A DNA stretch of 60,159 nucleotides, the filler included. It is 4 parts of 4 records of this genome, joined end to end, with 100 filler letters (N's around TTAATTAATTAA, not from the genome) between each part and the next. Parts side by side here need not be neighbours in the genome. Positions count along the whole stretch, not along the records: positions 36,286 to 60,159 come from DRR723986_5893; 3 more parts are not named here. The stretch is one strand, 5' to 3'. This document shows, in pieces, positions 36,287 to 46,451 of the stretch. Position numbers and translations under genes: made by a program. The first letter of the stretch is position 1, and each line of letters starts with the position of its first letter. Under the pieces are notes generated by a model. It had not been told where the DNA came from and ran no database searches. It saw only the letters and a program-made list of their open reading frames with translations.

Positions 36287-36868
36287 CTCCTCGGGAGGTT
36301 TCCTCAACTCGCCGGCAAAAAGATCATCATGATGCCGGGCCGTATCTCACGCTGGAAAGGCCAGTTGCATTTTCTGGAGGCCATGGCGCGTATCGTACGT
36401 CAACGCCCGGATTGTCACGGCATCATCGTTGGCGGCGCAGAACCGGGCAAGGAACGCTTTCTGCAGGAGCTGGAAAAGGAACGCAGTCGTTTGCAACTGA
36501 CTGATAAAGTCACGTTTCTCGGCCAGCGAAACGATATGACCAACCTCTACCTGCTGGCCGATGTGGTGTGCCACATGTCCACCAAGCCAGAGCCCTTCGG
36601 CCGCACAGTCACCGAGGCCCTGGCGTCCGGTACACCGGTGGTGGCGTACAACCGCGGCGGTGCAGCGGAAACCCTGCAAGCCTGCTTCCGGGAAGGGCTG
36701 GTAACGCCGGACGACACCGGCGCGTTTGCCAGCGCCGTGCTCGGGCTGCTGGACAAACCCAAGCCTGATATATTCCTTCCGGACCGGTTTTTACTGCGGG
36801 CGCAGACAGAGTCCACACTGGAGATATACGAAGCAGCAATTCAGACCAATCGGGCGGCGCTCCAGTGA
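36287..36868 (+). CDS. Glycosyltransferase family 4, 5'-truncated
   Basis: GRISRWKGQ and PEPFGRTVTEALASGTPVV (E-x7-E). The frame is open from the contig start. Confidence 0.9.
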   Translation, partial: LLGRFPQLAGKKIIMMPGRISRWKGQLHFLEAMARIVRQRPDCHGIIVGGAEPGKERFLQELEKERSRLQLTDKVTFLGQRNDMTNLYLLADVVCHMSTKPEPFGRTVTEALASGTPVVAYNRGGAAETLQACFREGLVTPDDTGAFASAVLGLLDKPKPDIFLPDRFLLRAQTESTLEIYEAAIQTNRAALQ

Positions 36869-37866
36869 AGGTTCTGCTGCTGATGCTTTCCGATAGCCCC
36901 GGAATTGGTGGTATGGAAAAACATGCCCGGGAACTCGCAACCGGTTTGGCAGACAGAGGATTGTCTGTAACCCTCGTTGCGGGAAGAGAACACTTACACG
37001 AGCTTCCTTCGTCAGTCAGAGCATCCGTCATAAATACTTCTGGCTCTCGATACTCGCCTGCACTGCTACTTAGAATCTTTCGCCTGATTCATTCCGAAGG
37101 CTTTGACTTGATCCACGCACAGGGCACCAAGGCCGCCTTTGTGTTGCAGCACCTTCGCCCATTGATTAAATCATGCCGGTTGATTGCGACGATTCACGGG
37201 TTCAAGTCCCGGTATCCAAAAGCAAAAGCTTTTGATCGCCTGATTGCAGTCAGCAAGACACTCGCGGCATCGATAAACCAGTCGGGTGTATCGGTAGTCT
37301 ATAACGGGATTAAAGTACCAAGCACCCGTGCACAGAATCCGCTGAAGGCCGACTCCCCGACTTGGCTTGCTGCTGGGCGACTGGTGCCGGTAAAAGGCTT
37401 TGCGCAGTTAATCAAGGCTTTCAGAAACTGTTCGGACAGCCTCTGGATTGCTGGAGATGGCCCAGAGAGGGAATCGCTGCAACAACTGATCGACATCACG
37501 GGGCAGAAGCATCGAATCCACTTGCTGGGTCATCGAAATGACCTGCCGGAACTGATGAATGCATCCCAGGGGGTAATCATAAGTTCCAGCCGCGAAGGTT
37601 TCTCCTATGTCTGCGCCGAGGCACTGCTCCTCGGAAAGCCCGTTATCTCAACAAATGTGCCGATTGCCAACGAGCTACTACGACCCGAACATATAATTGA
37701 ATCACCTAACCTGGAAGGATTGGTGGACCGCTTAGAAACTCCGATCGAGGAACTTCTTGATGCCCAAAGTGAAGCTCGAGCTACCGCAAAACGAGAACTG
37801 ACGCTGGAAGCAATGGTGGAAAACACTGTAACTGTTTACCGTCAGGTTCTGCAGCATGAATCCTGA
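36865..37866 (+). CDS. Glycosyltransferase family 4
   Basis: GGMEKH, GRLVPVKGF and REGFSYVCAEAL motifs. GTGA overlap. Confidence 0.9.
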   Translation: MKVLLLMLSDSPGIGGMEKHARELATGLADRGLSVTLVAGREHLHELPSSVRASVINTSGSRYSPALLLRIFRLIHSEGFDLIHAQGTKAAFVLQHLRPLIKSCRLIATIHGFKSRYPKAKAFDRLIAVSKTLAASINQSGVSVVYNGIKVPSTRAQNPLKADSPTWLAAGRLVPVKGFAQLIKAFRNCSDSLWIAGDGPERESLQQLIDITGQKHRIHLLGHRNDLPELMNASQGVIISSSREGFSYVCAEALLLGKPVISTNVPIANELLRPEHIIESPNLEGLVDRLETPIEELLDAQSEARATAKRELTLEAMVENTVTVYRQVLQHES

Positions 37867-38563
37867 TCAAACAGACAAGCATAGGAGTGCGCTGATAGAT
37901 CTCAAAAATCTTGTTCCCTTTGCACAGGGTGGTAATCGCTATTGTTTTCAACATCCCGAGGATAAGCAGCGCTGCCTGAAGGTAATTCGGCCAGAAAACA
38001 TCAAAGCTCGATACCTCAGACAACCGGGACTTAAGCGCCTGCTTGGCAGAGCCAGGTTGAACGACAATTCGCAGGAACTGAAAGCCCACATGCAACCGGC
38101 AATACGCTGGTTGATCCGGGCCGACAATGAATCAACACTCTGGGCTCACTTGCCCAAATTTTACGGCAGCGTTGAAACCAATTTGGGACATGCGAACGAG
38201 AGCGAACTGATTCGGTGCGCAGACGGAACTGTAGCACCGACCCTGGAGTCTCTTATCCGTAGAGGAGAACTGACCTATCAACTTCAGGGGGCAATAAAAC
38301 GCTTTGAAACGTGGCTGATAAAAACCCGAATTCTGACGCGCAACCTACTGCCGCACAATCTTGTCGTTACCGATCGCTCAGGCCAACCAGAACTGTTTCT
38401 GGTGGACGGCCTGGGGGCTCCAAGCATTCCTCAGGCGCTTGCAATACTCCCCGGGTGGAGCGACCACTATATCAGGAGGAAGCTTGCACGTTTTCACACA
38501 AGAATTATGTGGGAACAGAGCAATGAGGGGTATTCCTGGGAAGATTTCCAACGCTTAAGATAA
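37856..38563 (+). CDS. YrbL-family kinase-like protein
   Basis: AQGGNRYCFQHP...CLKV, PKFYGSVETNLG, NLVV and LVDGLG motifs. Confidence 0.75.
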   Translation: MNPDQTDKHRSALIDLKNLVPFAQGGNRYCFQHPEDKQRCLKVIRPENIKARYLRQPGLKRLLGRARLNDNSQELKAHMQPAIRWLIRADNESTLWAHLPKFYGSVETNLGHANESELIRCADGTVAPTLESLIRRGELTYQLQGAIKRFETWLIKTRILTRNLLPHNLVVTDRSGQPELFLVDGLGAPSIPQALAILPGWSDHYIRRKLARFHTRIMWEQSNEGYSWEDFQRLR

Positions 38564-38642
38564 AACCGCCCTGGGCAGCATGATAAGATATCGATCACTC
38601 TTATCTGCATAACTGGCAACTTTCACAACCCGGAGTGCGCAC

Positions 38643-40061
38643 ATGATTCACCCCGTCATTATGGCCGGCGGCACCGGCTCACGCCTATGGCCTCTGTCCA
38701 GACAGCTGAATCCCAAACAGTTCCTGAAACTAACAGATGATCGCCTGTCCATGCTCCAATTGACTATCGCGCGATTGGAGGGAATAGAATCGGCAGACCC
38801 ACTTATCATTTGTAATGAAGATCACCGTTTCCTGGCAGCAGAGCAGATGCGCCAGTCCGGATACAATGACGCACACATCATTCTGGAGCCGTGCGGTCGC
38901 AACACCGCACCGGCTATCGCGCTTGCGGCGCTGCAATTGGTGAAGAGTGTGGATGAGAACCAGAATCCGCTCATGCTGGTGCTGGCCGCAGACCACATGA
39001 TCAAGGATACGAGCGCCTTCCAGAGCGGTATTAGCAAGGCAATTCCACAAGCTGAACAAGGAAAACTGGTCACTTTCGGGATTGTGCCAAGCCACGCCGA
39101 AACCGGCTATGGATATATCCACCAGGGTTCTCCCCTGGCAGAAGATTGCTTCCAGGTTAGTCGATTTGTCGAGAAACCAGACAAGAAGACCGCCGAAAAA
39201 TACTTGGCCACCGGAGAATACTTGTGGAACAGCGGCATGTTCCTGTTTGGTGCCCGCACCTATCTTGAGGAACTGCAGAAACACCGCCCTGACATTCTAG
39301 CCATCTGCCAAGCCGCCTTGGACGACGCCAGTGAAGACTTGCATTTCACCCGGGTCAACGAAAGCGTCTTTGCCGAGTGCCCTGAAGACTCCGTTGACTA
39401 CGCAGTTATGGAGAAAACAGACAACGCAGTCGTAGTGTCTCTGGACGCTGGCTGGAGCGATATCGGCTCCTGGTCTGCTCTATGGGAGGTGAGTGACAAA
39501 GATGCCAACGGCAACTGCTTCTCGGGTGATGTCATAGTCCACAATACCGAAAGCACCCTGGTTCGAGCCGACAGCCGGCTGGTAGCCACCGTAGGCGTGA
39601 AGGATCTGGTGATCATCGAAACAAAAGATGCCCTGCTGGTCGCCCACAAAGATCAGGTTCAGGACGTCAAGAAAGTGGTGGAAGCGATCAAGAACGATGG
39701 TCGCCACGAGCACATGAACCATCGGGAGGTCTATCGTCCATGGGGGGTTTACGACTCCATCGATAATGGCACCCGTTATCAAGTCAAGCGAATCACGGTA
39801 AAGCCTGGCGCCAAGCTATCGGTTCAGATGCATCACCACAGGGCCGAACACTGGATTGTGGTCAGCGGTACCGCCAAAGTCACCAATGGAGAGAAAACCT
39901 ATCTGGTCACCGAGAACCAGTCCACTTACATCCCGGTTGGCCAGATCCATTCTCTGGAGAACCCGGGCGTCATAGATCTTGAGCTGATTGAGGTTCAATC
40001 CGGTTCCTATCTCGGTGAAGACGACATTGTTCGTTACGAGGACCGCTACGGTCGGTCATGA
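38643..40061 (+). CDS. manC: Mannose-1-phosphate guanylyltransferase / mannose-6-phosphate isomerase
   Basis: [36 protein letters not shown] and cupin [10 protein letters not shown] motifs. Confidence 0.96.
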   Translation: MIHPVIMAGGTGSRLWPLSRQLNPKQFLKLTDDRLSMLQLTIARLEGIESADPLIICNEDHRFLAAEQMRQSGYNDAHIILEPCGRNTAPAIALAALQLVKSVDENQNPLMLVLAADHMIKDTSAFQSGISKAIPQAEQGKLVTFGIVPSHAETGYGYIHQGSPLAEDCFQVSRFVEKPDKKTAEKYLATGEYLWNSGMFLFGARTYLEELQKHRPDILAICQAALDDASEDLHFTRVNESVFAECPEDSVDYAVMEKTDNAVVVSLDAGWSDIGSWSALWEVSDKDANGNCFSGDVIVHNTESTLVRADSRLVATVGVKDLVIIETKDALLVAHKDQVQDVKKVVEAIKNDGRHEHMNHREVYRPWGVYDSIDNGTRYQVKRITVKPGAKLSVQMHHHRAEHWIVVSGTAKVTNGEKTYLVTENQSTYIPVGQIHSLENPGVIDLELIEVQSGSYLGEDDIVRYEDRYGRS

Positions 40062-40966
40062 GCAAGCTTAAGTATTTTCTGATTGCCGGCTTATTGCGCA
40101 TCGCCGGCCTGCTACCTCTGAAACTTGCCCAAGCCATTGGCAAGTTCGGCGGTTTGCTGGCTTGGCACCTGAACGGCCGCTCGAGGAAAACCACCGATGT
40201 AAACATCAGGATTTGCCTGCCGGAACTATCAGCGGAGGAACAGCGAAGACTGTCGAAGGAATCCATGGCCCATACCGGCATGACGGCGATGGAGATTCCT
40301 TTAATGTGGGAATGGCCGGTCGACAAGTGCTTCAAACTTATCAAGGAAACCCGAGGGTTGGAGTTGGTTGATCAGGCGCTGGCCTCCGGCAAGGGGCTGA
40401 TCTTGCTCGCCCCCCACCTCGGCAACTGGGAACTGACGGGACTGTTTTTTTCGTCGCGCTATAAAATGGCAGCCCTCTATAGCCCGCCCCATATCAAGGA
40501 ATTCGAGGACTACATGATCCGCGTACGTGGTCGTCTGGGTTCCGAACTGGTGCGCGGCGACCGTAAGGGACTTCTCCGACTGATGGGCATTCTGAAGCAA
40601 GGCGGGGTGGCCGGCATACTTCCGGATCAGTCGCCACGAGGCAAAACCAACGCCTATGCTCCCTTCTTCGGGATGGAAGTGCGCACCATGACGCTAGTGA
40701 ATCGCCTGATTCAGAAAACCGGAGCCAACGTTCTGGTCACCTTTGCCGAACGCCTGCCGGATGGCAAGGGGTTCCACCTGATCGTTGAGGAGGCGGTTCC
40801 GGGCAATGGCGATTCAGATCCCGTAGTGGCCGCAACTGCGCTGAATCAATCGGTCGAGAAAGTCATTCGAATGGCACCCGCTCAGTATCAATGGGAGTAC
40901 AAGCGCCTGCGACATCGCCCGCCCGGCAACCTCAACCCCTATTACCCTCATAAAATCTGTCGTTAG
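40058..40966 (+). CDS. Lipid A lauroyl/myristoyl acyltransferase (LpxL/HtrB family)
   Basis: HLGNWE (H-x4-E), ILPDQ, APFFG and PAQYQW.YKR motifs. Confidence 0.88.
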   Translation: MSKLKYFLIAGLLRIAGLLPLKLAQAIGKFGGLLAWHLNGRSRKTTDVNIRICLPELSAEEQRRLSKESMAHTGMTAMEIPLMWEWPVDKCFKLIKETRGLELVDQALASGKGLILLAPHLGNWELTGLFFSSRYKMAALYSPPHIKEFEDYMIRVRGRLGSELVRGDRKGLLRLMGILKQGGVAGILPDQSPRGKTNAYAPFFGMEVRTMTLVNRLIQKTGANVLVTFAERLPDGKGFHLIVEEAVPGNGDSDPVVAATALNQSVEKVIRMAPAQYQWEYKRLRHRPPGNLNPYYPHKICR

Positions 40967-41074
40967 CGCCAGCCCCAACGTCATCAAATTGCCACAGAAT
41001 CGTCACCCGGATGACATGGGGCTTGATTACAACTTATTGCCATACATTTCTCGCTCGGTATTCAGGAAGGTTGT

Positions 41075-42049
41075 ATGGCAAAGCAGAACGCCCGCCCCAA
41101 TCGGTTGCACAAAGCCGGCTTCTATGCCGCCAACGCGTTGTCCGGCGTTCTGCCCTGGGCGTGGTGGTCACAGCAACGTGACCGCCTTATGTCTGAGCTG
41201 GAAAGCCTGACGCCAAGCATCCGAGCGGACATCATGGCCCGGGGTCGTTACTACAACCGTTTACACCAAACCTTCGCACCGGCGCCCGATGCCGAGCCCA
41301 TCCGCTCGTTTTCACCGCGCAATAAAAGCAGTGCCTATTACTTTGATCTTCGTAACGTGATCCGTTACTTTCCACGGGACGCCAGGGTTGCCTATCAGTT
41401 AGGCGATGTTACCCGCATACCCGAGCATCCCCGTTTCGTTAAAAGCCGGCCAATTACCGCTGGAGACACCAACGCGCAATCCGTGCTCCTGAAACTCAAT
41501 ACTGTTCGCCACTACGTCAAGGTAGACGATAAGCTCGCCTTCGAAGATAAACACCCCACGGCTGTCTGGCGGGGAAAATCCAATCACCCGGAACGCATCG
41601 CTTTCGCCCGAAAATGGGCCGACAGCCAACTTTGCGATATCGGGTGTGTGCGCCACAAAGAGCCAACAGTGCAGGCCTATCACAAGCCTTTCATGACCAT
41701 CCCGGAGCAACTCGAGCATCAGTTCATCGTTAGTGTGGAAGGTATCGACGTTGCCACCAACCTGAAATGGATCATGGCATCGAACTCTCTGTGCCTGATG
41801 CGGCGGCCGAGATTTGAAACCTGGTTTATGGAAGGCACCCTGCAGCCAGACATCCATTACGTTCAGCTCAAGGATGATTTTTCGGATCTTGAGCAGAAGG
41901 TCACCTACTACCGTGAGCATCCATCGGAAGCAAAACGCATTATCGCAAACGCCCGTCAACATGCAGCGAGGTTCAGTAATCACCACCATGAGCGACTGAT
42001 TTCGCTTCTGGTTATCGATCGTTATCTGAGGTTGTCCGGGCAGATCTGA
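41075..42049 (+). CDS. Glycosyltransferase family 90 (LpsA-like LPS protein)
   Basis: FVKSRP, VWRG, SVEGIDVATNLKWIM and FETWFMEG motifs. Confidence 0.8.
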   Translation: MAKQNARPNRLHKAGFYAANALSGVLPWAWWSQQRDRLMSELESLTPSIRADIMARGRYYNRLHQTFAPAPDAEPIRSFSPRNKSSAYYFDLRNVIRYFPRDARVAYQLGDVTRIPEHPRFVKSRPITAGDTNAQSVLLKLNTVRHYVKVDDKLAFEDKHPTAVWRGKSNHPERIAFARKWADSQLCDIGCVRHKEPTVQAYHKPFMTIPEQLEHQFIVSVEGIDVATNLKWIMASNSLCLMRRPRFETWFMEGTLQPDIHYVQLKDDFSDLEQKVTYYREHPSEAKRIIANARQHAARFSNHHHERLISLLVIDRYLRLSGQI

Positions 42050-42130
42050 AAAACCCCTGACAGGCATCCAGGCCGGAGCAAGTGTATACTAGGGCCCGTT
42101 TCAATCTGACGGCTCGGGCACTGGTATCTT

Positions 42131-42961
42131 ATGTCTCCAAATTCCATCGGCGTGGTGATTACCACCTACAACTCCCCCCTCTGGCTGGGCAAAGTGCTCA
42201 CAGGCTATGAAAGCCAGAGCTTCAAGTCATTCCGTGTCATTATTGCGGACGATGGATCGACCGATGAGACAAAAGAACTGATCGATACCTTCAAAGCTCG
42301 CGGCATTCTCACTATCGACCACGTATGGCACGAAGACGACGGGTTCCGAAAGTGTCAGATTCTCAACAAAGCCATCCGTGAAACTGAGTGCGACTACCTG
42401 ATCTTTACCGACGGCGACTGCATTCCCGAACCGTATTTCATTCAGACCCATCACGATCTGGCCCGGCCCGGTTACTTTCTTTCCGGCGGCTACATCAAAC
42501 TGACCATGCCGGTATCGGAGGCCATCACCGACAATGACATTCGCTCCGGTGACATCTTCAAGCCCCAGTGGCTCGTTGCCCACGGCCAACCGAAAAACCA
42601 CAAACTCTGGAAGCTTTCCTCTTCACGCGGGTTCCGTCGTTTTATGAACCGGATTACCCCGGCAGCCGCAAGCTGGAATGGCATGAACAGCTCCACCTGG
42701 ACCAAAGATCTGATTGCGGTGAACGGTTTCAACGAAGACATGCAGTATGGTGGTCTGGACCGCGAGCTGGGTGAGCGTCTGTGGAACTATGGCCACAAAT
42801 CCATGCAGATTCGATACAGCACGGTGTGCCTGCATCTGGATCATGCCCGGGGCTATTCAAAACCAGAGATCTGGGCCAAAAACCGGGCCGTCCGGAAAGC
42901 CGTGAAGGATAACAAGACCTTCTGGGCCAAAAATGGCATCAAGAAGAAGCAACCCGCATGA
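42131..42961 (+). CDS. Glycosyltransferase family 2
   Basis: VITTYN, IADDGS, FTDGDC and NGFNEDM.YGGLD motifs. Confidence 0.92.
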   Translation: MSPNSIGVVITTYNSPLWLGKVLTGYESQSFKSFRVIIADDGSTDETKELIDTFKARGILTIDHVWHEDDGFRKCQILNKAIRETECDYLIFTDGDCIPEPYFIQTHHDLARPGYFLSGGYIKLTMPVSEAITDNDIRSGDIFKPQWLVAHGQPKNHKLWKLSSSRGFRRFMNRITPAAASWNGMNSSTWTKDLIAVNGFNEDMQYGGLDRELGERLWNYGHKSMQIRYSTVCLHLDHARGYSKPEIWAKNRAVRKAVKDNKTFWAKNGIKKKQPA

Positions 42962-44112
42962 GAACACTGGTTATTATCCACAGTCTGAAAATGGGCGGTA
43001 TGGAGCGCGTCGCGGTCAATCTGGCCGATGCCTTTGCTGAGGAAGGCCATGAAAGCCATCTGCTTTCTTGCCGGAATCACCCCAATGACCTGGCGCCTGC
43101 CAATCCGGGTGTGAAACTGCATTACTTTGATCAGTTTCAAGCCTTGATGAAGTCGATTATTGGTATTCCGGTATTTCTGTTATCCCGGCTGCTGCTGGGA
43201 GTCATCCTCCCACGCTCCCACTTCATGTGGGTTGGCTGGCTCAGTGGCTGGCTGCTCAAACGCCAGATCCGCGCCCTGGAAAAGCAGCACGGCCGGTTCG
43301 ACCGAATCATTTTCCGTGGACTGGGCACCTTCAAATATTTCTGGTCGTTTCGGGATGAGCGTTGTGTCTACGTTCTTGAAAACGTCATTCATTACGACCG
43401 GCCACTCTGGCAGAAAAAGCTGGAGTGGAAGCTGGTGTTCCACCGCCGCCACCTGGCCTGCGTGTCTTCCGGCGTCATGGACTCGGCCCTTGAGGCCTTC
43501 GAAAAGGGCAGCATTCAGCCTGCCAGCCTTCGGGTAATCACCAACCCTTGTCCGATCAGACAGATCGAGACACTGGCTGGCGAGGCCGATCCAGATACTC
43601 CCACCGCACCCTACATTCTGAATGTGGCGCGCCTCGTGCCCCAGAAGGGCCATGCGCTGCTGTTGGAAGCCTATGCCCGGTCAGGAATCAGCCACAAACT
43701 TGTGATTGTCGGGGAAGGGCCTCTGCGCAGCGAGCTTGAAGCCAAGGCCAGAGAACTTGGCATCCACGACCGAGTGATATTTGCAGGCAAGCGTAAGAAT
43801 CCCTATCCCTGGATGAAAAACGCCGACCTCTTTGTGCTCGCTTCTGAATACGAAGGCCTGGGAATTGTGCTGACCGAAGCCCTGGCCTGTGGCACACCGA
43901 TTATGGCGGTCGAAAGCCGCGGTGGCGTTCGCGACGTGTTCCGGGGAGATCTCGAAGCCTACCTGACGCTGAGAACGGCAGAGGGACTGGCCAGAGGACT
44001 ATCCGCAATTACGCAGGAGCTGCCGGTTACCGTAAAGCCTGAATGGCTGGCACCGTTTCGCAGTGAGGTGGTCGTGGCTGCCTTTCTTGACGCCCCCCAT
44101 TCCCGACGATGA
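42958..44112 (+). CDS. Glycosyltransferase family 4
   Basis: GGMERV, ARLVPQKG and YEGLGIVLTEALACG motifs. ATGA overlap. Confidence 0.92.
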   Translation: MRTLVIIHSLKMGGMERVAVNLADAFAEEGHESHLLSCRNHPNDLAPANPGVKLHYFDQFQALMKSIIGIPVFLLSRLLLGVILPRSHFMWVGWLSGWLLKRQIRALEKQHGRFDRIIFRGLGTFKYFWSFRDERCVYVLENVIHYDRPLWQKKLEWKLVFHRRHLACVSSGVMDSALEAFEKGSIQPASLRVITNPCPIRQIETLAGEADPDTPTAPYILNVARLVPQKGHALLLEAYARSGISHKLVIVGEGPLRSELEAKARELGIHDRVIFAGKRKNPYPWMKNADLFVLASEYEGLGIVLTEALACGTPIMAVESRGGVRDVFRGDLEAYLTLRTAEGLARGLSAITQELPVTVKPEWLAPFRSEVVVAAFLDAPHSRR

Positions 44113-44121
44113 AGAATACCC

Positions 44122-45054
44122 ATGGCTGAACACACCACCCCGCTCAATATTATGGTAGCCGGCATTTACTGGTCCGGTTCAGGAGCTGTAGTCGATTATC
44201 TCAAGGGCCACCCGGATTGCTTCGTTCCGCGTGGAGAATTCACGGACTTCAAGCGCAGCGGCCGTATTGGCTCGATGCTGGAGGCAGCAACTGCTCATCG
44301 TGCAAAATGGTTGGCCAGAGGCATGTGGCTGGAAACCCGTCTTGGAAAACTCCCAGCCGCCCAGTTGAAAGCAGCAAAAGGCAAAGCGCAGGCATCCATG
44401 CCTTTGAAAGAACAAGTCGGGCATCACCGGTTAAAACTTGAGTATCTTGGCAAATACCGACGTCACCTTGGCAACAACGGCAGCCACACCGATGCCGCGA
44501 TCTGGAACCAGTGGTTGCAAGCCGTGGGGCTTGCCCAAGCCGCTGGAAAGCCGGCGATTGTCTGGAATCAGCCGATCTGGGTAGGTAAACACGAGCATAT
44601 CTGGCCAGCCGTCTTCCAGCCTTACAAACTGATTGTTGTTCATCGCGACCCGGTGGACCAGTTCGCGGAAGTGGTTCGGCAAGGAAAAATCGGAAAACGA
44701 AAGTCCGATCCCGCGTTCAACGACGATGAAAAAGACGATATTGCCTACGTACTCACGGGTATCCGGGCCAAAATAAAAAGCCTGAGAGCCTTGGCAGACC
44801 AACTTGGCCGCGAGCAGATACTGCTGATCAGTTTTGAACGTTTCGTAAAAGACCACGGCTCGGAAGCACAAAGGCTCTGCGACTTTCTCAGCCTGCCAGA
44901 ATCACAAACGCCCTCAGCACCCTTTGACCCAAACATATCAATCCTGAACATCGGCATTGGTCAGACCGAGGCCATCCAGGCCATGCTCGCCCCATATCAG
45001 AACCTGGTGGACGAGCTTTATCGACTACGCCATCAACTGGACAGCTTGCAGTAA
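44122..45054 (+). CDS. P-loop sulfotransferase-fold protein
   Basis: N-terminal VAGIYWSGSGAV (5'-PSB-like loop), IVVHRDPVD (3'-PB-like) and ISFERFV..LCDFL motifs. Confidence 0.65.
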   Translation: MAEHTTPLNIMVAGIYWSGSGAVVDYLKGHPDCFVPRGEFTDFKRSGRIGSMLEAATAHRAKWLARGMWLETRLGKLPAAQLKAAKGKAQASMPLKEQVGHHRLKLEYLGKYRRHLGNNGSHTDAAIWNQWLQAVGLAQAAGKPAIVWNQPIWVGKHEHIWPAVFQPYKLIVVHRDPVDQFAEVVRQGKIGKRKSDPAFNDDEKDDIAYVLTGIRAKIKSLRALADQLGREQILLISFERFVKDHGSEAQRLCDFLSLPESQTPSAPFDPNISILNIGIGQTEAIQAMLAPYQNLVDELYRLRHQLDSLQ

Positions 45055-45815
45055 GAATCAAGGCGGCCATCCGCCGCCATTTCAGAATAGGCTTCCAGCT
45101 CCTCTGCTGTATCGACCTCCAGCCAGCCATTGGAAACAAGACAGGCTTTGACCGGCCAGCCTGTATCAATCAGGTGCTGAATAAAGCTGGTCATATACAT
45201 GTTGTCGAAGTCTTTACCGTCGTATAACCGGGACCGGTCCAGTGCCAGAAAAGCATCCTTGAAAGCCTGGACGTGGTCTGCGCGAACCTTGATCAGCCCC
45301 ATATACTGGGCCTCGACCTGATCGTAACTTTCCGGCTTTTTACCCAACTCGATGACAAGTCCCTTCTCGTTCATACGGAAAGTCTCAGCGTCATCAAGTG
45401 GCTCATCCATCCTCAACTGCCAGAGTCTGCGCCATTCACGATCAGCGGCAAGACACACAGGCGCCTCGCAATCCAGTAGCGATTGGAAAACGCCTGGCTC
45501 GTAGATAATGTCACCGTAACTGATGACCAGATCCTCACCGGGTACCATCTGGTCTTGAGCGCAGAACAACGTGCGAACCATGTTGGTTGAGGCATACTCC
45601 GGGTTAATCACGAGACCAGCCCCGAGCGTATCCAGATCGCCGGATCGGTAACCTCCAATGACCGTGATGCCATCCGTAATGCCACATTGCCTCATCGCAG
45701 CCATCTGACGGTGCAGCAGCGGAACACCAGCAAGAGCAACCATGCATTTAGGGCGGTCTTCCGTATAAGGCCGCAGCCGGGTTCCCTGGCCTGCAGCCAG
45801 TATCAGTGTTCGCAT
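45033..45815 (-). CDS. Cytidylyltransferase (LicC/Cj1416-like; putative CTP:phosphoglutamine cytidylyltransferase)
   Basis: ILAAGQGTRLRPYTEDRPKCMV, STNMVRTL, SYGDI, YMTSFIQ and WLEVDT motifs. Confidence 0.85.
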   Translation of the reverse strand: MRTLILAAGQGTRLRPYTEDRPKCMVALAGVPLLHRQMAAMRQCGITDGITVIGGYRSGDLDTLGAGLVINPEYASTNMVRTLFCAQDQMVPGEDLVISYGDIIYEPGVFQSLLDCEAPVCLAADREWRRLWQLRMDEPLDDAETFRMNEKGLVIELGKKPESYDQVEAQYMGLIKVRADHVQAFKDAFLALDRSRLYDGKDFDNMYMTSFIQHLIDTGWPVKACLVSNGWLEVDTAEELEAYSEMAADGRLDSYCKLSS

Positions 45816-46450
45816 GCTTCACCTCGGAGAATATGATTAAACAAACGGCTGTCAGCGTCGCTGAATGTCGACTCGCGCTCTGGGTGCCACATGATACCCG
45901 CCCAGGCCAGTCGATTATGCAAGAAGGCTTCGACATGGCCTTCCGCACTAAAACACTGCGGAATCAGCGCCCTTGCGAGTCCTTCTGCGGCAACCCCCCA
46001 GTTGTGGTAGCTGTTTACCTCCACAAACTGCCTGAAACAACCGATTGCCGCTGCCCCCACGACTATCGGGTGCCGCACAGCCGTATGATTGGCGACGGGG
46101 ACGAGCGTGCCACCGAGCCATGTATTGATCACCTGTAACCCCCGGCAAACGCCGATTACCGGAATCTCAGTTTCGTAAGCCCAAGCGAGCAAAGCTGCTT
46201 CGGCAGAGTCACGTTCCGGCGAGGGATTTTTAGCATTCGGAAGATTGCTTAGATCGTTTCCCCCAGTTAGTACTAGCGCCTCCAATGCCATTGAATCCGC
46301 CCATTTGGCAGTATCCAAAAGCCGGTTTGGAATCGGAATGGGGGTATATCCGAGGGCTTCCAAAAAACAGAACCACTGTTGGTCCAGGCAGTCTCGCCGC
46401 TCTCCGTATGCGGTGACGAGCTCAACCCGCTGGGTAATGCCCACACGCAT
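45803..46450 (-). CDS. Class I glutamine amidotransferase / peptidase C26 (Cj1417-like gamma-glutamyl-CDP-amidate hydrolase)
   Basis: ERRDCLD..W, LTGGND, GVCRG (catalytic Cys), VNSYH and WHPE (His-Glu). Confidence 0.85.
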   Translation of the reverse strand: MRVGITQRVELVTAYGERRDCLDQQWFCFLEALGYTPIPIPNRLLDTAKWADSMALEALVLTGGNDLSNLPNAKNPSPERDSAEAALLAWAYETEIPVIGVCRGLQVINTWLGGTLVPVANHTAVRHPIVVGAAAIGCFRQFVEVNSYHNWGVAAEGLARALIPQCFSAEGHVEAFLHNRLAWAGIMWHPERESTFSDADSRLFNHILRGEACEH

Positions 46451-46451
46451 A

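Noticed and set aside
35810-36868. Functional link between the contig C sulfotransferase and the contig D LPS genes
   Set aside because: Separated by an artificial linker and apparently from different organisms.
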